From positions 224,001 through 288,000 of the forward strand of contig JBDHZC010000002.1 in NCBI GenBank assembly GCA_039811685.1: a stretch of DNA of 64,000 nucleotides, given 5' to 3'. Below are positions 43,122 through 50,771 of the stretch, one piece after another. A program made the translations under genes and the position numbers. The notes under the pieces were generated by a model. It saw only the letters and a list, made by a program, of their open reading frames with translations, was not told where the DNA came from and made no database searches. The first letter of the stretch is position 1, and every line of letters starts with the position of its first letter. The stretch comes from Armatimonadota bacterium (GTDB taxonomy: Bacteria; Armatimonadota; UBA5829; DSUL01).

Positions 43122-44564
43122 ATGCGAATCTCTGGTTACACGTTGCTTCTCGTTTTCTTGAGCGCCATTTGCGGCGCTGCTTTCGCGGACGACGTGCCTG
43201 TCGCCTGCTACGGCACCTACGATATCAATGTCTGCTACTCCCCCTGGAGGGTTGTGCTGGCCGAGCCGGGCTATACCGGCGTCGTCATGCGCAAGGGGCC
43301 TTCCTTTGACGCCGAGCCGATCTACCGGCCGAACAACACGCCGGTGATTATTCCGATTGGCGACTTCGTAGGACGCGCCAGCAACCGGGACGGTGGCGTG
43401 GCCAACAACTGCCCAAGCCCCGGGCCGCGCAAAAACCTTGACGGGTGGTTGTGGGTGTACTGGCCGAACTACGCCAAGCAAGGCTGGATTCCTTACTCTG
43501 TCAACGGTGTGAAGTACGCTGTCGGGGACTCTTCTTACTCCGGCGTTCTGTGCGGCCCAGCCAAGTTCGATTTTGACTGCCGGTATCCCGGGAGCGCCTG
43601 CCCAAAATACCACGGGTGCGGTGGAAGTCCAGTGCCGGCGACAGCAACCTGTCCCGAGGAATCTACCTTCCGGCCCATCATTGCGGTTGGTTCGACTCCT
43701 TCAGAGCTTAGCGAGCAGAAGTACTATCTGCGCTACGGAATTGACAGCACAACGTATATGTGGCTTGTGCCCGGTGACATCGTTGAGCGCCACTGTTTTG
43801 CGTACGGAAGTGGCTACAACTGGAGCTGCGTGACAGTGGTGTGCGCGAAATACTGTCCGCATGGCGCGCGCGGGTGGGTGCGCTCGGATGCCCTGGGCGC
43901 TCCGATGAGCAAATCCGCAGCGGTTCCGTGCTACAACACACTGTTTCCTCCGGATGGCAGTGGGGTGTATGAAGACACACCTGGCGGCGCTAAGCGGATG
44001 CGAGACGGCGCTCCTGTTGTTATCTCCGGTGGCATCGTGACCGCAGCATTTCCCGATGCGTTCTACATAGAGTCTACTGACCGCAGCTCAGCCGTTCGTG
44101 TCGAGGGGGCCTCCACGCCTGTTGTCACCGGCCAGCGCTACGACATAGAAGGCCGGATTGGCACTACGCCCCAGGGTGAGCGTGTGGTGCAGGCTAGCTC
44201 AATTACCGCTGCGGGGACTGGCTGGGTAAGCCCTGTCCTGCTCCCCAACGCCTCGGTCGGAGGAGACGCGTGGTTTTACGATCCGATGCTGGGCTCTGGT
44301 CAGGCGGGAGCCTCTCCCGGCAACGGTCTGTCGAATGTTGGAATGCTCATCAGGACATGGGGCGTCGTCCGGAACGTAACAGCCTCCAGCTTCAGTGTCG
44401 ATGACGGGTCGGGTCAGCCTATCACATGCCTGCTACCCTCTGGCGTCTCCGCGCCAACGGGAGGGCATGTCTCTGTCACTGGTATTTGCGTCGTCAGAAA
44501 CACAGCGGGTGGACGACAGGCGGCGATACAGTTGCGCTCGGCCTCGGACATCCAACCCTCATAG
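43122..44564 (+). CDS. Secreted Cys-rich protein with two SH3b-like segments and a conserved C-terminal module
   Basis: Signal peptide; MRKGPS...GWLWV...GWIP and LRYG...WSCV...GWVRS. C-terminus aligns with that of 59129..62329. TATAAT at 43053-43058. Confidence 0.75.
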   Translation: MRISGYTLLLVFLSAICGAAFADDVPVACYGTYDINVCYSPWRVVLAEPGYTGVVMRKGPSFDAEPIYRPNNTPVIIPIGDFVGRASNRDGGVANNCPSPGPRKNLDGWLWVYWPNYAKQGWIPYSVNGVKYAVGDSSYSGVLCGPAKFDFDCRYPGSACPKYHGCGGSPVPATATCPEESTFRPIIAVGSTPSELSEQKYYLRYGIDSTTYMWLVPGDIVERHCFAYGSGYNWSCVTVVCAKYCPHGARGWVRSDALGAPMSKSAAVPCYNTLFPPDGSGVYEDTPGGAKRMRDGAPVVISGGIVTAAFPDAFYIESTDRSSAVRVEGASTPVVTGQRYDIEGRIGTTPQGERVVQASSITAAGTGWVSPVLLPNASVGGDAWFYDPMLGSGQAGASPGNGLSNVGMLIRTWGVVRNVTASSFSVDDGSGQPITCLLPSGVSAPTGGHVSVTGICVVRNTAGGRQAAIQLRSASDIQPS

Positions 44565-44570
44565 GCGCGG

Positions 44571-45101
44571 CTAAAGTTGCGGGAAGCCTCGCGGCGCAAG
44601 CGACGGCGCGATGCCTCCGCCGAGCATGCCGACTCCAAATATCAGCGCCATCACTCCCAGAGCGATTACGGCCAGTAAGATGCCGGTCTGCGTCATCGCT
44701 TTGCCTGCGGAGTCCATCTCACCCCTGTTCATCGCCGACAGATCAGAGCCGCCCATGACAATCGTCACCAGCCCAGTGAGAATCGGCAGCACACCACAAC
44801 AGCAGCACCCCATGAAAACGAGCACGATGCTGGCAATGCCCAGCCCCAGAATCAGCCCTCCCCGGTGAGGTCTCAGCCATACCGCCTGCGCGCTTTGAGG
44901 AGTTGCTGGAACGGGTGGAGCCCCAAACACAGAAGTGTCTTGAGTGGAGAACGAAGTGATCTGGGCTACAACGCCAGGGCTCTGAGGCTTCGGCGGTACC
45001 TGAAACGTGCGCTGGCAGCGGACACACATGGCGGGGTGTCCCGCGTGATGATCCTCCACGGTCATCTGCTGTCCACACTGGCATTGGATAGTGTAGCTCA
45101 C
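44571..45101 (-). CDS. Zinc-ribbon plus DUF4190-like membrane protein (paralog 1)
   Basis: CQCG...CVRC, Pro-rich linker, PHRG.LIL.LG, DL..M..GEMD..G and TM helices. Confidence 0.75.
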   Translation of the reverse strand: MSYTIQCQCGQQMTVEDHHAGHPAMCVRCQRTFQVPPKPQSPGVVAQITSFSTQDTSVFGAPPVPATPQSAQAVWLRPHRGGLILGLGIASIVLVFMGCCCCGVLPILTGLVTIVMGGSDLSAMNRGEMDSAGKAMTQTGILLAVIALGVMALIFGVGMLGGGIAPSLAPRGFPQL

Positions 45102-45116
45102 AGTGTCAGACCAACC

Positions 45117-45581
45117 TCAAAAACCCCTGTGGGAATACGGGCTCAACTGAAAACCAAGAAACACTATCACTTCGATGACCCAGAGAAGCGCTGCGAGCAT
45201 GCCAAGAATCTTGCCGACATTAGTCACCCCTTCTCCTGAGGGGTCCATCTCGCCGCTGTGCATCTTCTTTATGTCACTGACTCCAAAGACCCACGCAATA
45301 GCCCCGACGAATCCACAGCACGGGATGAACCCGAGCAGCCCGAGCACAAGAACCAGAGACGCTCTGTGTGGTAGGCGATGACCTACGCCAGCCGCCTCCG
45401 GCAAAGCGTCAGAACCCATGCTGCTACGAGGCACCTCAGCTCTCACTACTGCACCAGCGTCTGCAGGCGCCTGCGGAACGCGCAGTCTCTGATGGCACTT
45501 TACGCAGATGACTTCGCGGCCGACATAGCTGTCGTCCACAGTCATGAGTTGGCCGCAGGGGCATTGGATAACGAAGCTCAC
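45117..45581 (-). CDS. Zinc-ribbon plus DUF4190-like membrane protein (paralog 2)
   Basis: CPCG...CVKC, PHRASLVLVLG, DI..M..GEMDPSG. AGGAG RBS. Confidence 0.75.
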   Translation of the reverse strand: MSFVIQCPCGQLMTVDDSYVGREVICVKCHQRLRVPQAPADAGAVVRAEVPRSSMGSDALPEAAGVGHRLPHRASLVLVLGLLGFIPCCGFVGAIAWVFGVSDIKKMHSGEMDPSGEGVTNVGKILGMLAALLWVIEVIVFLGFQLSPYSHRGF

Positions 45582-45741
45582 CAGTCAAGACTCCTTCGGG
45601 CTACTCTACGGCAACGGAGCTTCTCGCGTCAAGAGCAGTATCGCCGAACAGCAGTAAACCTATTGTGTGTGCATAATACCGGATATGCACAGGCGTGATT
45701 CCAGAGACGCATGGGAATACACACAGCGGAGATTGTTCAAT

Positions 45742-46479
45742 ATGAAACAACGGTCATTCTGGCTTGCCGCTGCTGCCGCAGCTCTTATTCTCAGCGGATG
45801 CAACACGGGAAGTATGGTCAGTACTGATCAGGAAGTGGATGTCGGGAGAAGATCTGCTGAAGAGGTGGAGTCTCAGTACCAGGTCATCACCGGGACAGCG
45901 GAGGCGCGCGAAATTCAAGCCATTGGAGACCGCCTCAAAGCCGTTCGCAACCGCCGGGACATTGAGTACCGCTTCAAACTGATTCGCAACAAAGACGTCA
46001 ACGCCTTCGCGCTGCCGGGCGGGTGGATTTACGTGGACAGCGGCCTGATGGACCTGCTGAACAAGTCGAGCGTTCCTGCCGGCTACCCTGGCAACCCGAC
46101 AAAGACGGACATGCTGGCTGGGGTTCTGGCGCACGAAATGGGGCACATTGAAGCGCGGCATCAGGCGAAAATGATGGGGCGCGCGGAGCTGTACGGCATT
46201 GCCCTGTCAACGCTCAGCAACAAGAACACACAGCAGTGGGCCAGTGTATTCGCCAACATTAACATGCTTCAGTACAGCCGCGCGGATGAAAATGAGGCGG
46301 ATGCGCTGGGCATCAAGTACTCAGCGGATGCGGGCTATAACCCTTACGGACTGGTGGCGTTTCTGGACCTGCTCAACCGGACTTCTAGCGCCGGTGGCAC
46401 ACCCGCGTTTTTGCGCACACACCCGAGCACGCCAGAGCGCATCGAGCGAACACGCAAGCTTGCGGCGCAGTACCGCTAA
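45742..46479 (+). CDS. M48 family metallopeptidase lipoprotein
   Basis: Lipobox LSGC; NAFALPGG, HEMGH, YSRADE.EAD, THP...ERI. Confidence 0.9.
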   Translation: MKQRSFWLAAAAAALILSGCNTGSMVSTDQEVDVGRRSAEEVESQYQVITGTAEAREIQAIGDRLKAVRNRRDIEYRFKLIRNKDVNAFALPGGWIYVDSGLMDLLNKSSVPAGYPGNPTKTDMLAGVLAHEMGHIEARHQAKMMGRAELYGIALSTLSNKNTQQWASVFANINMLQYSRADENEADALGIKYSADAGYNPYGLVAFLDLLNRTSSAGGTPAFLRTHPSTPERIERTRKLAAQYR

Positions 46480-46523
46480 AGCGCAAATCGTCACACTGCG
46501 GGCTTGTGGGTATCATCCCCGGT

Positions 46524-48674
46524 ATGAGCACATACTTTGCGGGAGACCCACAGACTTACCCGTTGACTTACGTCCCCTTTGGAGCGCAGTACTACCGCGC
46601 GCCCACTCCGAGGCCGGAGGACTGGGAATCAGACCTTGCGCAGTGCCGCGCGGCCGGGTTCAACACTGTGAAAATCTGGGCGCAGTGGCGCTGGAACCAG
46701 CCCGAGCCAGAGCGATTCGATTTCAACGATCTTCGCGAAATCATGGACATAGCGCAGTCGCAGGGGCTGAAGGTCGTCATCAACGCGATCCTGGACGGTG
46801 CGCCTGCGTGGCTGTTCCAGAAGTACCCGGGCTGCCATATGATTACGGCATCCGGGCAGAAGCTCACACCTGTGACAACCGCCTACCGTCAGACTGGCGG
46901 TGTGCCCGCGCACTGTTTTCACCATTTGGCGGCGCGCGCGGAGTCGGTGCGTTTTATGGAAGCGCTCAGTGCGGAGTTTGCCGATCATCCCGCGCTTGCC
47001 ATGTGGGATCTGTGGAACGAACCTGAGCTGACGGTTGGGCTTCTGCGGGAGCCGAAAATAGCCGATCTGGTGTGTCACTGCACGTCCTCCCGGGCGGAGT
47101 TTCTCATCTGGCTGAAAGAGCGTTACGGGACTATTGAGAAGCTGAACCGGGCGTGGTGGCGCAACTATCAAAGCTGGGATGAGCTGGAGTTGCCCATTCA
47201 GCCTCACACCTACCGGGACTTCATTGACTGGAGAGTATTCTTCACGGAGACGCTGCGCGATGAGCTAATCCGGCGCAAGGAAGCCGTGAGGAAATGGGAC
47301 AGGACGCACCCTGTCATGTGCCACACAGTGCCACCTCCGATTTTTTCCGTCACCTCGTCCGGGTCGGATGACTGGCTGCTTTCTGAACCGGGAGACCTGC
47401 ACGGCAACAGTGTAGGCTCTGAGCCGTTTGCGGCCGACCTGCTGCGAAGCGCCGCCCGCGGCAAACCCGTCATCAACGCTGAGATACACGCCCTCTCCGG
47501 AGGCACTTTTTCCCGCCCGCAGCCAGTGGGAGAACAGGAGATGAAGCGCCACATCCTGCGCCCTCTGGCGCACGGAATTAAGGGCTTCCTCTTCTGGCAG
47601 TACCGCGCGGAGCGCCTCGGCGCGGAATCACCAGCCTGGGGATTGACGATGCCAGACGGCACGGCTGCGCCGTGGCTGGCGCCGGTGGGCCGGATAGCCA
47701 GAGCGATACAACACGACGAGGGGTTCTTCCTGAGCGCCCGGCCGCGCACGGCCAGAGTGGCCATCCTGGCGGATCCACAAACGCAAGTGTTCTGCTGGGC
47801 GGGGACGCTGTCTGACGATGTGTACGCCCGCAGCCTCCGAGGCGCCTACGACGCTTTGCACCAGCGGGGATACGTGGTTGACTTCGTTCATCCCAGAGAC
47901 TTCGAAGCCGGAGTCCACGCGTCCTACAGCTGCCTCTATCTGCCAATTCCGTACTGGCTCTCACCACCAGTCGCCCTGGCCTTGCAGGAGTATGTGTCCG
48001 GTGGCGGGAGCGTGATCAGCGAGCTGTGGCTGGCTGCGTACGACAGCCAGGAAAACCTGCACTCCGCCGTCACTCCCGGAATGGGGCTTCACGAGCTCTT
48101 CGCCGTCCGGGAAAGCTTGACCTGGCCTCAAAGTGACAGGTTTTCCGCCTATGCTATGTGGCAAATTGCAGGTCAGGAAGATGCGGGAATGAATCTGATT
48201 CTGAAAAAGCCGATCGGCAATCTCGATGAGGGTGACGCGGTGCCGGTGCGTCTGGCGGTGAGTGAGTATCACGGCCAGGCAGAGACCCTGGCCAGGATGC
48301 CGGACGGGCAGTCTGTGGTTGCGGAAAACATTTTTGGGGACGGGCGCGCTATTGTCGCCGGAGCGCCCCTGGGTTACTCCGCCGCTTTCGCTCCTGACGG
48401 CGCTGCGGCGCAGTTGATATCGGGTCTGGTGGAGCGCTGTGTCGGCGGCCCTGAGCTGCAAATCGCCGGGCCCGGACGCGCTGATCTCCTCACTCTGGAC
48501 AGCCGGAGATTTCTGGTGGTGTCCAACGAATCTGAGGAATCCGACGTCATCCGAGTGCGCCTGTCAGGAAAAGTGAAAGGATTTCTGGGAAATGAACCTC
48601 TGCCAGCCACGCTTGAGGACTGGCTGGAGTTTGCACTTCCCAGCCAGTCCGTTGAGGCGTACTGGATCGAATAG
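46524..48674 (+). CDS. Beta-galactosidase-like glycoside hydrolase (GH42)
   Basis: GAQYY, WDLWNEP, WLKERYGTIEKLN.AW, DWR.F, NAE, FWQYR and a C-terminal trimerisation-like domain. Confidence 0.8.
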   Translation: MSTYFAGDPQTYPLTYVPFGAQYYRAPTPRPEDWESDLAQCRAAGFNTVKIWAQWRWNQPEPERFDFNDLREIMDIAQSQGLKVVINAILDGAPAWLFQKYPGCHMITASGQKLTPVTTAYRQTGGVPAHCFHHLAARAESVRFMEALSAEFADHPALAMWDLWNEPELTVGLLREPKIADLVCHCTSSRAEFLIWLKERYGTIEKLNRAWWRNYQSWDELELPIQPHTYRDFIDWRVFFTETLRDELIRRKEAVRKWDRTHPVMCHTVPPPIFSVTSSGSDDWLLSEPGDLHGNSVGSEPFAADLLRSAARGKPVINAEIHALSGGTFSRPQPVGEQEMKRHILRPLAHGIKGFLFWQYRAERLGAESPAWGLTMPDGTAAPWLAPVGRIARAIQHDEGFFLSARPRTARVAILADPQTQVFCWAGTLSDDVYARSLRGAYDALHQRGYVVDFVHPRDFEAGVHASYSCLYLPIPYWLSPPVALALQEYVSGGGSVISELWLAAYDSQENLHSAVTPGMGLHELFAVRESLTWPQSDRFSAYAMWQIAGQEDAGMNLILKKPIGNLDEGDAVPVRLAVSEYHGQAETLARMPDGQSVVAENIFGDGRAIVAGAPLGYSAAFAPDGAAAQLISGLVERCVGGPELQIAGPGRADLLTLDSRRFLVVSNESEESDVIRVRLSGKVKGFLGNEPLPATLEDWLEFALPSQSVEAYWIE

Positions 48675-48711
48675 AGCCCGGAGGCGGATGTCTCTCCGCG
48701 CTCTCCCAGAT

Positions 48712-50157
48712 TCAGATGTCAAAATAGAGGTGGAACTCGTGATGGTGCGGACGCAGCCGGATCGCGTCCACCTCTTTTTTCCTCTTGTACTCGATCCACG
48801 TTTCGATCACGTCCCGCGTGAAGACATCACCGCGCAGCAGAAAGTCGTGATCGGCTTCCAGCGCCTCAAGCGCCTGCGCCAGATCGCCCGGCGTGCCCTT
48901 GATGTGGCGCGCTTCCTCCGGCGGCAGGTCGTAGATGTTCTTGTCAATCGGCTGACCCGGATCTATCTTGTTCTGTATTCCGTCCAGACCGGCCATCTGC
49001 ATCGCCGCGAAACAGAGATACCCGTTTGAGCTGGGGTCGGGGCAGCGAAACTCCAGACGCTTGGATTTTTCGCTCTGGAGGTAGGCTGGAATACGCACAG
49101 CCGCCGAGCGGTTGCGCTGCGAAAACACAAGGTTGATCGGCGCTTCATAGCCCGGGACCAGGCGGCGGTAAGAGTTGGTCGTCGGCGCGGCAAAGGCAAG
49201 CAGCGCCGGCGTGTGTTTCAACAGCCCGCCAATGTAATAGCGGGCCGTATCCGACAGCCCGGCGTATCCGTTCGGGTCCCAGAACTGATTCTTGCCGCCC
49301 TTCCAGATTGACGTGTGCACGTGCATTCCGGAGCCGTTGTCCATAAACAGGGGCTTGGGCATAAAAGTGACCGTCTTACCATACTGATACGCAACATTCT
49401 TGATGATGTACTTGTACTTCATCAGCATGTCCGCCATCGTCACCAGCGTGTTGTAGCGCAGGTCTATCTCAGCCTGGCCACCCGTTCCGACCTCGTGGTG
49501 GTGCAGCTCCACATCTACGCCCGCCCGCCGCAAAGCGCTGACCATCTCGGCCCGCAGGTTGTGCGTAGAGTCCATCGGCGGCAGCGGGAAGTAGCCCTCC
49601 TTGTGGCGGATCTTGTAGCCGGTGTTGTTGCCGCCTTCCCTGCGTCCGGAGTTCCATATCCCTTCATCGGAGTCAACGGCGTAGAAACCGGAGTTGGCCG
49701 ATTCCTTGAATCGGACATCGTCGAAAATGAAGAACTCCGCCTCAGGGCCCCAGTAGCTTGTGTCTCCCAGACCGGTGGATTTGAGATAGGACTCAGCTTT
49801 CTCCGCAATGTAGCGCGGGTCGCGGCTGTAGCGCTCACTGGTCATCGGATCGTGCACATTACAGATGATGGCCAGCGTTGAGTGTTCCATCATCTCGTCC
49901 ACAAAGGCGCTGGAAGGATCGGGCTTGAGGATCATGTCGGATTCCTGAATGTCCTGAAACCCGCGGATACTGGAGCCGTCAAATCCTGTCCCGTCCTCAA
50001 ACACTCCTTCGTTCAGATAGACAGACGGGATGGTGTAGTGCTGCCAGACGCCCGGCAAGTCAGTGAAACGGAAGTCAATGTACTCGATGTCGTTGTTCTT
50101 TACGAAATCGACAACGTCTTTCGCGCTTCCAAAAGTTGGCAACTTGTCCTCTGCCAT
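48712..50157 (-). CDS. glnA: Glutamine synthetase type I (GSI-beta)
   Basis: FDGSSI, HHHEV, MPKP..DNGSGMH, RLVPGYEAP, RNRSA. Adenylylation Tyr in DKNIYDL. Confidence 0.98.
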   Translation of the reverse strand: MAEDKLPTFGSAKDVVDFVKNNDIEYIDFRFTDLPGVWQHYTIPSVYLNEGVFEDGTGFDGSSIRGFQDIQESDMILKPDPSSAFVDEMMEHSTLAIICNVHDPMTSERYSRDPRYIAEKAESYLKSTGLGDTSYWGPEAEFFIFDDVRFKESANSGFYAVDSDEGIWNSGRREGGNNTGYKIRHKEGYFPLPPMDSTHNLRAEMVSALRRAGVDVELHHHEVGTGGQAEIDLRYNTLVTMADMLMKYKYIIKNVAYQYGKTVTFMPKPLFMDNGSGMHVHTSIWKGGKNQFWDPNGYAGLSDTARYYIGGLLKHTPALLAFAAPTTNSYRRLVPGYEAPINLVFSQRNRSAAVRIPAYLQSEKSKRLEFRCPDPSSNGYLCFAAMQMAGLDGIQNKIDPGQPIDKNIYDLPPEEARHIKGTPGDLAQALEALEADHDFLLRGDVFTRDVIETWIEYKRKKEVDAIRLRPHHHEFHLYFDI

Positions 50158-50432
50158 TGGTGGCCTTACTTCCTTTCATTCTCTACATGGCGCGCGTCTT
50201 GCCCGCGGCCTCCCACTCTGTGCACAGGAGAGGAGGCCAACTGACCTGGACTGCCCCGGTTGGTTATGCCCGCCGTTAATCCTCGTCTGGACGGAATACT
50301 GGCGGCGGTATTCAGCCAGTCCACCGCCGTTATGGGCGCTCTGGCTATATCAGCTTTCAGGCTGCCTGTGGTTCTCGGCGCTCTTGTCGGTCAACAAGGC
50401 TTTTCCGAAATCGTCATGCGCCTCTTGCAGCG

Positions 50433-50771
50433 CTAAATCGAGTCTTCTCCGCGGTCACCGGTACGCACCCGCACGGATTCCTCAACGGGTAGCACAAAGA
50501 CTTTTCCGTCTCCGATCTCCCCCGTGCGCGCGGCCCGCACTATGGCATTGATAACGTCTTCCTTGCGCTCGTCTTCGCAGACAATCTCCAGCTTGATCTT
50601 TGGGAGGAGATCGATAGTGTACTCCAGCCCGCGATACTTCTCCACCTGACCCATCTGCCTGCCGTGCCCGCGCACCTCAGTCACCGTCAAGCCAGTCAGC
50701 CCCAGCTCTTCAAGAGCGTCCTTGACTTCCTGCAGCTTATGCGGCCTGATAATCCCAATCACCATCTTCAT
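50433..50771 (-). CDS. glnB: Nitrogen regulatory protein PII
   Basis: IIRP.KL..VK.AL, G.GRQ.G, YRG.EY (Tyr51), TGEIGDGKVF, RVRTG. Confidence 0.93.
   Translation of the reverse strand: MKMVIGIIRPHKLQEVKDALEELGLTGLTVTEVRGHGRQMGQVEKYRGLEYTIDLLPKIKLEIVCEDERKEDVINAIVRAARTGEIGDGKVFVLPVEESVRVRTGDRGEDSI

Noticed and set aside
50164..50243. Direct call as the cyanobacterial glutamine (glnA) riboswitch
   Set aside because: Short matches exist, but P1 closure and E-loop spacing do not fit, and the match overlaps the RBS. Kept only as an unassigned leader candidate.
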